A DNA stretch of 64,000 nucleotides from Marsupella aquatica (taxonomy: Eukaryota > Plantae > Marchantiophyta), in the NCBI GenBank assembly GCA_973895155.1, contig OZ316892.1, positions 19,603,869 to 19,667,868 of the forward strand, given 5' to 3'. The position numbers were made by a program, and so were the translations under genes. Below, piece by piece: positions 1 to 11,332 of the stretch (positions are counted from its first letter, which is position 1; the number at the start of each line of letters is the position of its first letter). Below the pieces are notes generated by a model that saw only the letters and a list, made by a program, of their open reading frames with translations, did no database searches and was not told where the DNA came from.

Positions 1-34
1 GGAGAGGGCGAATGAAAGTGTTCTGTTCGCTGGA

Positions 35-2596
35 ATGAATTTAGCGCATGTAGGTTCTGTGGAGGTAGTCTTACAGGCGCTTGATATTCCAGTGGGCACT
101 GACAACGAGAAAGAGGATGGAATTCCTCCGCTGTCATCCACATTGATCAAATCAAAGAGCTCCAGGAGTACTTCAAGTACTGTCTCTGGAAGGCGTTCAG
201 CTCATTTAGGGTCTTTGGAGGTAGATTTACAGGCGCTTGATGTGCTAATGTGCAGTCACAACCAAAACTGGGAGGATGAGATTCCTCCGCTGTCATCCAC
301 GTTGATCAAATCAAAGAGCTCCAGGAGCACTTCTAGTAGTCTCTCGGGAAGGAGTTCAGCTCATTTAGGTTCTTTGGAGGTAGATTTACAGGCTCTTGAT
401 GTCCCAATGTGCAGTCACAACCAGAACAGGGAAGATGGGCTTCCTCCGCTGTCTTCCACATTAATCAAAGCAAAGAGCTCCAGGAGTACCTCAAGTAGTG
501 TTTCTGGAAGGAGTTCAGCTCATTTAGGTCCTTTGGAGGCAGGTTTACAGGCTCTTGATATGCCAATGTGCAGTCACTACCAAAACAGGGAGGATGAGTT
601 TCCTCCGCTGTCTTCCACATTGAGTAAATCAAAGAGCTCCAGGAGTACCTCAAGTAGTCTCTCTGGAAGGAGTTCAGCTCATTTAGGTACTTTGGAGGTA
701 GGTTTACGGGCCCTCGATATGCCATTGTGCACTCACAACCAGAACAGGGAGGATGGGTTTCCTCCGCTTACACCCACAGTCTCCCCTTTGATAAAATCAA
801 AGAGCTCCAAGTCGTCGAGCAATCAGGGCAAGCGGGATGAGGGAATTCCTCCGCTGACATCCACCTGTTCCCCGCTGATCACATCGAACAGTTCCAAGTC
901 TTCGAGTAACCAGGGCAGTCTTCAAGGGCTTGTGGTCGCACCAGATGGTGTTACTTTGGTCAAGGACAGAAGGAAGTGCAAGCCGAGGGGAGTCCTCACG
1001 GTGGGGCTTGAAACGTCCAGCGTTAGCAGTGATGGAGAAGTTGCTCTGCCAGTGCCCAGCCCTTCGATGGCCACTGTGGAGTGGGTGGACAAGCGCTGGA
1101 ACGATGCACTCTCCCCACAGCAATCCCACCCTGATGAGCTGAATCTTTCGTGTTCTACAGTCACCAGCAAGAGCGTGAGGAGCCCTCGAGTCGCTTTGAA
1201 TTTCGACTGCACAAAGGAGCTCCGAGTGAGGGACGTATGGTCAAACATCAGAGAGGTTGTTGACCTGCGGCCGGAGATTGTCCTCAGCATCCAGGAGTCG
1301 AATGACCTTAAGAAATCTGTTGAAGGTCGCAGCCCTGCAGACCTGATTTTTGTTGACAGTTATGTCTCCTTCCGACCACCTGAGTTGGCTAATGAGCTGT
1401 TATCTTCTGGTAAGGACTACTCTGTGTCCACGTCGTCAATCAAGCAGCAGCATCATAGATCAACTCAGGAAATTTCTCCTGAGAAACAGATGGTTTTTTC
1501 TGATACTGACCACTACCACGACCTTGACGTCCGCCAAAGCTTGCAATTGGAGCTACAGGATGATGTGAACGGTTCCTCCTCCGTTGAAATTAGCGAAAGG
1601 CCTTCTGATTATGGCTCAGACATGAACCCTCTCAAGCATTCTGAAACCAGACATTTGACGGTAGAAAGGGCTGAAACTCATTTGGGAGGGTCTAACAAGA
1701 ATGGTAGTGAATTAGGGTCTTTCTGCCCATTGTCTGTGTCACCTAGTCTGCTTGGATCCCCAGGAAATGAAGACGCAGATGTCCCACTCGGCTGCTTGAT
1801 TGATTTGGCTTGCGCTCGAGGTTCGCCCATCGTAATGCACAAGCATGGAGAGCGATTTGAAATCCGCGGTTCAGAGCTCTCCCAACTTTCTCCCGAGGAA
1901 CTGGTGGCAGAGACTCTCTACGAACTTGCCGCGGAGAACTTGAGAAAAACAAGGACTGCAGCAAGGACATTCAACTCTCCTGAAGAGAAGAAGTCACCGA
2001 TGGAAGCTGCGTCTTTGCTCTCGATTGTGAAGCAACCAGTCTTCCCGGCAGACACATCTTCGAGCGGTGAGCTTGCTACACTCACGAATGCAGTCCCTCA
2101 TGCGCTCAATTCGAGGATTTTCCGGCAAGTCAGTCCAACTCCAGAACTGGCAAAGCTGGATATTGAACAGCCTCGAAGAACAATAGTCCTCAGCCGCGAG
2201 AGTCATTTCTCCGAGGAACTCACCACATTAAAAGCGTTGATCGGAAATGTACATGAGGAAGCACATGACACCCAAGTCCGAGGACTTCCGGCCACAATTC
2301 GAGGAGTACACGAGGAGGCACAGGGCCCAGCTGAGTCAAGTTTGCCGTTTTCTAAGAAGCCCCAACGACAACGCAGGCGATTGAGCTATGGTTATTACAC
2401 CAACAGCAGGTCACCGATTCGTAAAGCGCAGCAGCAGCAGCAGCGGAGATTGTCGTCGTGTGGCAAGGGTGCGGGTTTGGGGAGCATTCTCGCCGCCACT
2501 GCAGCATTTGCTGTCGTGGTCATATCTCTAGCCATGGGAAGTTGCCAACAATGCTACAAGAGCAACCATTATCACTACTACATTCGACCTACATGA
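35..2596 (+). CDS. Ser-rich tandem-repeat protein with C-terminal TM segment and KASH-like tail; possibly 5'-incomplete
   Basis: Uninterrupted 853-aa ORF whose frame is open back to the window edge. N-terminal 53-aa repeats; C-terminal hydrophobic LGSILAATAAFAVVVISLAMG followed by an 18-aa tail ending YYIRPT-stop. Confidence 0.75.
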   Translation: MNLAHVGSVEVVLQALDIPVGTDNEKEDGIPPLSSTLIKSKSSRSTSSTVSGRRSAHLGSLEVDLQALDVLMCSHNQNWEDEIPPLSSTLIKSKSSRSTSSSLSGRSSAHLGSLEVDLQALDVPMCSHNQNREDGLPPLSSTLIKAKSSRSTSSSVSGRSSAHLGPLEAGLQALDMPMCSHYQNREDEFPPLSSTLSKSKSSRSTSSSLSGRSSAHLGTLEVGLRALDMPLCTHNQNREDGFPPLTPTVSPLIKSKSSKSSSNQGKRDEGIPPLTSTCSPLITSNSSKSSSNQGSLQGLVVAPDGVTLVKDRRKCKPRGVLTVGLETSSVSSDGEVALPVPSPSMATVEWVDKRWNDALSPQQSHPDELNLSCSTVTSKSVRSPRVALNFDCTKELRVRDVWSNIREVVDLRPEIVLSIQESNDLKKSVEGRSPADLIFVDSYVSFRPPELANELLSSGKDYSVSTSSIKQQHHRSTQEISPEKQMVFSDTDHYHDLDVRQSLQLELQDDVNGSSSVEISERPSDYGSDMNPLKHSETRHLTVERAETHLGGSNKNGSELGSFCPLSVSPSLLGSPGNEDADVPLGCLIDLACARGSPIVMHKHGERFEIRGSELSQLSPEELVAETLYELAAENLRKTRTAARTFNSPEEKKSPMEAASLLSIVKQPVFPADTSSSGELATLTNAVPHALNSRIFRQVSPTPELAKLDIEQPRRTIVLSRESHFSEELTTLKALIGNVHEEAHDTQVRGLPATIRGVHEEAQGPAESSLPFSKKPQRQRRRLSYGYYTNSRSPIRKAQQQQQRRLSSCGKGAGLGSILAATAAFAVVVISLAMGSCQQCYKSNHYHYYIRPT
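40..920 (+). repeat. Coding tandem repeat, 159-bp (53-aa) unit, about 5 copies plus a shorter final unit
   Basis: Anchor CCTCCGCT at 125, 284, 443, 602, 761 (period 159) and 848 (87 bp later). Confidence 0.95.
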
Positions 2597-3411
2597 TGGT
2601 AGCCTCTAGTTCTTTGCTCTAACATCGGTGATATCTCCGTTTTTGCGACGGTTGGGTGGCCAAATTTTGCATTCTGGATCCATCCCAGGCACTAAGCATT
2701 CTTGCTAATAGTGTCACAGTTTTATTGGTAGAAAGCGATGTATCTACGAGTGCTACTAGTGCGCGAGTCTGGTGCCGAGCTCTCGTTTTGCACTCTCCGG
2801 AGTCTATCCTTCGTTTTTGCCATTGAATGGATATACTTATTTCACGATAGTTCATCCATTGCAGAGTTAGATAGGGTATGATTCAGAAGCGAAATTGTCC
2901 ATTGTGAGTAAAGCGAATTGACCTAAAGAAGATGATGATGTGTATTCAACTTCTCTGGAACCGCCTCCAAAAGAAATGCCCAAATTCTATGGTGCAAGAG
3001 CTGAAATATACACGAGAAATCCTGATTTCAGGTAATTTGCACTACCACGTTTATTAAATTGTTCCTCGCAACTCTCCAGATGACGTTGTTCACACTGAAA
3101 GCGGTACCTGAGCAATTCGGAATCAGCTAAAGTCAGTGTGCATTCCACAAATCGAGCCTGATTTCGAATGTCGACTGAAATGCACTCCTCGAGCTGTCAA
3201 AGAGTGCAAGTTCTGAACAATTTGAGAGGTGCAATCAGTCCTTGCAGTCTGCGCTTTCCACAAGTTCTGAATATTTGAGAAGTGCAATCAGACATTCAAT
3301 GCACTCTGCGAAATGCACTCAACTGCAATTCTGAACGATTGGGGCTTCTTTTCTATGCACTTCGCTGGAAATTCGCTGTGCAGCCGTGCGTCCCTGTAAA
3401 GTAGTGAATCG

Positions 3412-4929
3412 CTAGAAGCTCCCTGGAAAAATTCGTCCGTATTGAAGCCCATAGAAGCGCTCGTCCCCGCACCTGGGAACCCGCGTGGCGAGCTGCGGAG
3501 ACACATCGAAAGGGAGGTAGAAAGCGTAGAATGCCGCGAAGCGAGAATAGAAGGAGTCACCGGCCTTGGCAGTGGTGCTATTGGTTGGAGGGAGCCCTTC
3601 TAGTGTGCCGAACCTTTGAACATAGTCCGACGGTTGATAAGTCCTGCAATCATGGAAAAGGCAAGCGCTTGCCGAGTTTAAGACGATGTTGGTGATGATA
3701 GATATCTTTCCTAAAGTTTACCTCCATTCTCTGTTTGATCGAATTTCAGTCATTGATAAACGTATAATCTATATCGGATCCATCGGGCAGATAACAAATT
3801 TAGGGGAAGGTTGTGCAACACACGAAATCTACTATTCGAGAAACTTGTAAGAAAGTTATTTCTGAACTAAGTCCATTGCTCTGCCAGAATAAAATAGCTG
3901 CTCTAGATACAGCACTGCTGTTATCATCGCCACTAACTTATCGTATAACGAGTTCGAGTTCCAGAGTATGCGTGTGAATTCCAACCGTTAACGATAATGA
4001 GAAGCCCATTGCTATAGCGGACATCTTGAGAGAATTATTAAAACTCCCATGAAAATCTTGCGTTCTTTTGTTAGCGGGCCCATTGCTATAGCGAACATCT
4101 TGAGAGAATTATTAAAACTCCCATGAAAATCTTGCGTTCTTTTGTTAGCGGTTACGGTCCTGTTGTCAAAAGGTGTTCTTCATCATGCCTGCGCTGTAAT
4201 GACTGCAATTCTAGGATTCTTTGGAATTTTGTGTGAAGACTCGAGCTAAGAACAGTACTTTTATCAACCTGGAGATTGAAGCACATCGGCAGTTAGATCA
4301 TCATGGAGAGCTCGCAGCAATGTTTTAAGTGCAATGTTGGCAGAGGACCGAGGTACAAATCTTGAGCCTCGATATTAGACTTACGCGCCCAAGACAGTGC
4401 AAAACATGTAGAATAACCAGTACGCCAAGTCATGGAAGACTTACGATGTATTCACCGCCCCAGTGGTGTTGAGCAGTTGCAGTGAGATGGAAAACGGTTG
4501 TGGCACTGAGCGAAGTGGAGCCGCCGTCAAGGTAGCTCCTGGATTCGAGCCAGAAGGAAAAAGCTCGAAAGTGATCGTCCCGACTTTAGCCGATTTAGGC
4601 GCGTTGGCGTACAGGCTTCCAATCTTAACGAGGCTGTGGTTGTACAGATCTGCCGACTGATTGACAAGACTCCATGATTTGCCGTTATAGTCATACACTT
4701 GGTATCCCACAGCGAGAATGTTTGGCCAGAGTAGCCCCCCTTTGTCTGGAACGGCGATAGCGCTTGGCAGGTCGCACGGAACGGAGAAGTTGATCAGCAG
4801 ACCAACTTCTGCAGCTAGGCCTGGAAAATTATTGCGAGAATCGATGCTTACAACGGGCGACGAAAATGACAAGGTCATGAGCACCGCAAGAAATAGTGTG
4901 ACAGCCATCCTCAACCCAGGACTCCCCAT
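3412..4929 (-). CDS. Secreted DUF3455-like protein, 2 exons (4929-4445, 3643-3412), about 238 aa
   Basis: Exon 1: signal peptide, LAVGYQVY...W...ADLY...IG...SISLQLL, ends TC|GTAAG. Exon 2 follows TTGCAG in matching phase and reads TYQPSDYVQRFGTLEGLPP...SRFAAFYAFY...GSF*. This resembles the DUF3455 motifs GxQxY, YVQRxxTxGGxxP and YxAxYxFY (recognised by eye). Confidence 0.75.
4004..4151. repeat. 74-bp tandem duplication in the DUF3455 intron
   Basis: GCCCATTGCTATAGCG...TTTTGTTAGCGG at 4004 and 4078, near identical. Confidence 0.95.
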
Positions 4930-5339
4930 GACAGTATCCACTTCGAACCTACAACAGTCAATACCAAGATTTACGTTAGCACGTACCTACAGACAGTCTT
5001 TCAGCCTACTCATTACCAAAAAGGGTAATCAAATGGATCACTCCATCGATTCCGCTAATGAATGTGAAATTGAAGAAGTATGTCCCTCACAAAGGATATC
5101 ATGATCACTTGCTGACCACGCCGTCAATGCTGCTCTCTAGCTAAGAGTTGGACTGTTATGCTGACGAGCATGGAATTTGCAACCCTAACGAGTCAGTGAC
5201 CATGCTGGAATAAATTTAACTTTTATGCTCAAGTGGAATTCCGCACTGTTCACAGGCAACAAATGGCGCCAACTTATACACAGACAGGTCAATGTTCAAG
5301 GCTCATGTCCCCAGAGGCCCATACAGCTCTTAGCTGTTA

Positions 5340-5620
5340 AAGCGTCGCCAGTAGCGAAAGGATCAGCCTCGTATTTATTACCGGGATCAATTCTATCGCC
5401 AGTACAGCGTGCAATCGTGCATAATCCGAAGCTTCTTCATCTGCATCGGACTGACTGTAATTCAACCCAATCCACATCCGAATTGACTTGTTCACGTTCC
5501 ACGTAACCTCACCTTGTGCGCACGGAAGTTGACGCCTCAACCTACACATTGCTGGACGAATACGGTAATCTCGTGTTATGGGTGAATTGGACATACTACT
5601 GGAGACAGCGAATTGGCTGT
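5340..5620 (+). pseudogene. Possible decayed bulb-type (GNA/B) lectin fragment
   Basis: Two ORF pieces, YLLPGSILSPVQ...LHRTDCN and YTLLDEYGNLVLW, resemble the B-lectin MQxDCNL and LQxDGNLVLY motifs; interrupted by stops. Confidence 0.3.
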
Positions 5621-7399
5621 CGGGAAATGCGACTTGCTCCACCATATGCCGTAAGTACAGGACTTATTACTCAACTGCTTCTGCTGGAATTACTCTCCTG
5701 CAACCAACCTCGCTGACTGTGCTCGGGAAGTACAGCATTCAAACATCGATAAACCCATCCCGGACGCCAGTGGTTTCTGACGCAGTCGATCGAGTGGAGG
5801 ACTTGTACCGTAATCCCCATCATCTAGGAAAGTGTCTTTGCGAGCTGATTGGAATTGGCTTTGCTTTGGCCCTTGCCGATCGAAGGCCGATTGGGTTGAA
5901 TGGAGTGGGGAGACTGCCTTCACAAGCGATTGCTGATTGGAAAATGGCGAGCAACATCCAGCACCTTTCATTTGGAGAGTATGTGTCTCTGAGGTGGAAA
6001 TCTTTGCATTGCCAGGAAGGAGGTCAGATCACTCCACAGCCAGGAGATTGTTAACCGACACCCATATCAGTGTAGCTCAGTGACCTCCCCCAACTTGAAT
6101 TGTATATTGGTGGTTGGCTCTCCTCTTGGCGGCCTCAAAGAATTGAAAATTCTCACTCCGCTAATCTCATGGAGACTTTTTTTTTTTATTCCCAGTAATT
6201 GCACATCAAAAATATAGTAATTGCACATCAAAATATCGAGACACTTTTTTGAGTCACACTAATTGCACATCAAAATATGAACCACACTGGAATGTCCAGA
6301 TCTTTTCTCCTTTTGGGTCTCTTTCAGATGTGTTCTTAAAGCATGGTCAGCAATCCATTCTGTCTTTTAAAGTGGTGTCATTGAATATTGAATCCAAGCA
6401 TGGAAAAACAACTTGAGCCGCTAACTCAGCATGAACTGTGAAGCATCTTGTTAGTGTTAATAATAGTCTAGCTAGCTTTTCACCTCACCTTTCTCAATGA
6501 CTCTTTCACAACTGAATCAATATGAAGAAGGACAAACTTATACAAGAGTTAACTTGCTTTCACACATAAACCACACCAGTCCAAACTTGAGTTGGGAAAA
6601 TTTGGAGAATTTTCTTTCAGTTTGCAGCTAGGAAAAAGTGTAAAGAATACTTTCAACCTTTTCTCAAACCATGTAACAAAGAGAGGGATGGGATCTACAA
6701 ATAGGTTTATCTTATTGTACACTAGCCTGATGCCCAAGCTTGCTCATAAATGAATGACCAGTACTGGTGCCCTTTTCCAGCTACTGTCTAGAGACTTCTC
6801 TCTAAACACGAGGCCCTCATCCTAGCTTTTGATCATGAAGTATTAGGGCAGGGTTCCATGGAGTGAGGAGTAGGTACGGACGAGGAGTACGGAGTACGGA
6901 CAGAGATTTTCGAGTTTGCCACAGCCAATGAGAGCTGACTACGGGCGAGGGGCACTCCCTCAACAAATGCAAGGAGTAGGGAGTGCGGGTTCCACTCACG
7001 CTCCTTGTTTTGCGCTCCCTGTTACCTGTGTGGTCAGTTCCTGCCCTGATATCACCTGTTACAGCCGGTCGGCAAAGGGCTGAGCGACTTGCAAACATAG
7101 TCGTTCGACTTGAGCTGTGAGCCTGGCCATGAGTTCAGGATGGGGCGGGAAGAAAATTGCAATGCTGCCACCATAACTTGCAGCTTGCAGTTGTTTGCAA
7201 AGCAAGCAAGTGAGAGCGTACACAAAATTTGGCTGCACTTTTGTCCTTTGGTTCTGCGCTCTGTTTTGCGCTAGTAGTTTTGTGCTTTAAAATTTTCATG
7301 CCTTCACACAGAGAACATAATTTCAGTGCCTGCTGCCAATTTGATGCAACTGTTGCTGTATTTCTTCCTATTGTTTACTAGGGATCTGATGCTGTGCAA

Positions 7400-7795
7400 G
7401 TCTATCCGATAGCTTCTATAGTAGAATCTACTGCCTGATTTTGATTTATTATCTCACTCAGTTGCGCGTATGTCCGACAGCTTCTATAGTAGAATCTACT
7501 GCCTGATTTCATTAGAATCTTGATTTAATACCTCAATTCAGTGCGCTTTCCTTCCGCTCGTCATTATACCTGTATGCAGTAAGACTTTTGTTGCTCCTGA
7601 TTTTATTAGAATCTTGATTTATTACCTCATTCAGTTGCGCTTTCCTTCCGCTCGTCATTATACTTGTCTCAAGTTTGTAGTAAGACTTGTTGCTCCTGAT
7701 TTCATTAGAATCTTGATTTATTACGTCATTCAGTTGCGCTTTCCTTCCGCTCGTCATTATACCTATCTCAAGTTTGCAGTAACTTTTGTTGCTGA
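7400..7795. repeat. Internal tandem repeats of Harbinger copy 1 (about 95-100 bp x3 plus a shorter duplication)
   Basis: CCTGATTTCATTAGAATCTTGATTT...CGCTTTCCTTCCGCTCGTCATTATAC repeated from 7502; TCCGA(T/C)AGCTTCTATAGTAGAATCTACTGCCTGATTT twice before it. Confidence 0.9.
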
Positions 7796-8280
7796 AAAGA
7801 AGATTTCACTGTTATAGCTATAAATTAATTTTAAGATACCTCTAAAAAGCCTGGCAGGCACTACACTGGCGCATTGATCCAAAAGGAAACAGTCTTCATG
7901 TCTCTGTTTGTTCCCTTTAATTATCAGACTCTTAGGATGACTTCGTCTTTGGGTGAGGACGAACTTGGATGTGATCATATGATGTCAGTTCCAAAAGGGA
8001 ATTGTCTTGATGTCTGTGTTGATTATCCCTTCAATTGAGAATGTACGATGGTTTCTTCTTTAGAGTGAGGACAAAATTGGATGTGATGTCACACACACAG
8101 TCAATAGGGATTGAGTAGTTACATGCAGCAAAGGAAGTGAACTAGAGGAATAGTACTTAATTTGTGAACTCAAAGTAGCACTCAAGACTCTTTTGCAAAA
8201 ATAAGTGCTCAATATTGTATAGGTTTGTGTACTCAAGGCATTTTACTGAATACTTTTTTGTTTTGTGATGATGCAGATCG

Positions 8281-9383
8281 ATGACAGAAGCACAAGCACC
8301 TACTCCTAGTTCTAAATGGGACATTAGAGAGCTTCATGCTCTCATTTCTGCCAAGAAATTCCTACAAGATCAAGCAAGCTTGGATTCATCCCGGGAGAGA
8401 ATAAGGACTGCTGAACAGAGATGGAAAGAAGTCGAATCCATCTGTAGGACCAATAATATCAACAGGGATTGGAAGCAATGCAAGAAGAGATGGGAGAAGA
8501 TGTTAACTGACTTCAAGAAGGTATTTGATCATCAAAAGCACACTCCCAGTGGCACAAATGGATATTTTGAGCTGTCCAGAACAGAGAAAAAGGATAGGAG
8601 TTTGCCCCCAACGTTTCAAGAGGAACTTTTCCAAGAAATGGTGGTCTTCATGCCTTCTAACCGGGCAGTCAATCCTGATCCTGCTCAGTTTGTGGACAGT
8701 GGCCTTGAGAAGGAGATCAGGGAAGCTGAGCAAGCAAGCAGGACCCCTCCCACTGTATTCATCTCAACTACCAGCATTGATTTAGAAGAATTGGGAGATT
8801 TTCATGGTGCAGACCCTGGAACTGAGGCTTTTCACAACGATAACACAGTCCATACAAATCAAGCTAATGATGAGAATGTTAGTTCTGGTGGTGTGAGTGG
8901 AGGAGCAACCAGGCAGGGAACTCCCTCTGGACAAGCAAACGATGGCTCTGATCCCAATCCTGCAAGTGTTAATGGAGGAGTAGGATAGGGTGTGAATGGA
9001 GCACCAAGGCAGGGGTCTGGCTCTGGTGCTGCCAATAACTTACACCAACCAAGTCCTACTTCAGTGACTGCACAAGGAGCGGATGGATCTTCTGAACGGA
9101 CAACAAGGGGATGGAAGAGGACACGTGGAGAGAGGACAACAAGTGAGTTAAATAAGGTAACTCAGAACTTTATAGGTGCAATTGCAGAAGACCGTCTTGC
9201 CCGTAGAGAGGAGCACCAACAGCATTTGAGTTTTGAAGAGAAAAAACATGTAGACTCTCTGTCTCAACAACGGAGGCAATGTCATCAACAAGGGATGCAG
9301 GAAGAGATGTAGCAAACGCCCTTGCTTTTATTGGCGATTCTATCCGCTATCTGGCAGACGGACTCAGAGATGGGAGAAATTGA
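8281..9383 (+). pseudogene. Harbinger Myb/SANT (trihelix-like) DNA-binding protein, disrupted
   Basis: KWDIRELHALI...RWKEVESIC...RDWKQCKKRWEKMLTDFKKV...LPPTFQEELF. In-frame TAG at 8986-8988, then a frameshift near 9260-9280 into RDVANALAFIGDSIRYLADGL...* ending 9383. Confidence 0.9.
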
Positions 9384-9853
9384 GTACAGCCATTTTGGAT
9401 TTGAGATACGGTAGCCAGACAGAGCAATTCAATCCATAGTCAATATTTTCAGTTCATCTTACTTAGTTGAAATGAGTACATTTGCACATCCTTGACTCTC
9501 TTTGAGTTCAAGTTGAGTTACACTACTACTTTGAATCTACACTTTTTTAAAATTCATCATAGTCACTGCTTTGACAATGGAACCTAATCCTGAAAGGTCC
9601 GAGTTAAGACTATGAGCCCTGTAAATATTATATCTCTCATTGAAAATTACTCAATGCACTGTGAGTTTGATATTGGTAACTACTTTCGCTCATGAAACAT
9701 TATACAACAAAGCAAACAAAGTGGACTGCATTCTGTACCAAATAGTCACATTCTTGGCAACTCAAGTTCTGATTGCAAAATTTAATTTATGCTGATCTCT
9801 TACAAGGGAAAGTGTTGTCTTCTCATTAACAACCATGACATTCACTACTACTA

Positions 9854-11332
9854 CTACAATACATGATTTAACAAAGCATCTCTAGCTTCTGGTCCTCCTC
9901 TGTACATTCGTAAATTGGGACGTAGAACTCCAGCATACCCTGCTGGATGCGGTGGACAATGTTGCCACACCACATTTGGCAAACCGTCATTTCTATCAAT
10001 GATCAAATTATGCAAAATACAACATGCATAAATCATTGCTCCAATTCTATCAATTCTGGGTTTCCACAATGCCCTGCTGAGTATTCTCCAAGTCCCTTTT
10101 AGCCTTCCAAAAGAACGTTCGACACACATTCTTGTACTTGAGTGCATGTAGTTGAAGTCATCAGTTCTCTCTGTTATACCTTTTGGAAAGGGAACAATAA
10201 GCCAAGGGAGCAGTGGATAGCCTGCATTTCCAATAACATACTCTTGGCCCATGCTGCCATTGCTACAGCAAAATTGAGGACCATTTAGCCGGGTCTGAGA
10301 CTGTGTCACTTGAGTATAAACCGTGACAGTCACATCAACCTTGTATCTTGGATGCTACCAGGCAGACCACAATAGACATCCATGAAGCGCAATTTGTGGT
10401 CACAAATGGCTTGCAAGCATAGTGACAGAAAGTTTATGCTTCCAATCATAGTCCTGTGTTGAGTCTTCACCTGCAGGCAACTCAATGGGAATGTGAGTCC
10501 CATCAATTGCTCCGCAACAGTTTGGAAAACCCCATCTCTCCTCAAATCCAACTTTCACCTCAGTAAGGCCTGCATCATCTGGCCACTTAATGGCATGCCC
10601 AGCCCGTCTTCTCAAAGAGCAAATGAATTTCCAGGTCACCTTCACTGCAGAGCTCTTTGAAACACCAAATAGTTCACCCAAAGTTAGAAAGGTATCTTCG
10701 ACTGCCAAACGCCTCAATGCAAGTGCAACTTGCCTAATCACTAGTAATTGGCGATTAGGCAAGATTCTCAAAGACTCAGGTGGATCCGTCACCATAGCAT
10801 CATGCACAAGTTCACAAATATAGAAAAACAATTGAGGCCCAATGCGAAAGAACTCTCGGAAACATTGTGGATCCTCCCAGGGTGTGTCGTCAATCCACAA
10901 CATTAACCCATGTCTAGTTCGTGGTTTGATGTACCATTGATCTAGCATCTCACGTGGCCGCACATAGACTAAACCAATCAGGTGCAAATATGTTGGCATT
11001 AAGTGTCTAACAAGTCCTGTTCTAACCATACGAGCATGTGCTACTGCATTGCTATTAACAGACCCTGACAGCAAGAGGTTCGAGGCATCAAACATAGGCA
11101 GCAAAGCCTATGTGACAGTGGCAAGTGCTGCCATCAACAAAGCTAATACTCTAACTAGTAGATGAGAGACATCTCTTCTAGGATATGGACGAACATTGCG
11201 GTCGACATATGTTAAAGGTACGTTTCCATCAGGTAACTGAATAGGTGGCTCTTGGGTTGGAGGGGTCACATTCAAGTCTAGAATATCTATTTCCATTGAA
11301 GTTCCACTCGTGCTCCCTTCCATGATGAACAT
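9854..11332 (-). pseudogene. Harbinger (HARBI1-like) DDE transposase, copy 1, disrupted
   Basis: GFPNCCGAIDGTHI, QAICDH, GNAGYPL (D>N), VERSFGRLKGTWRIL, ACCILHN. 4-bp insertion near 10415, CGA>TGA at 10330, TAG at 11108-11110. Confidence 0.95.
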
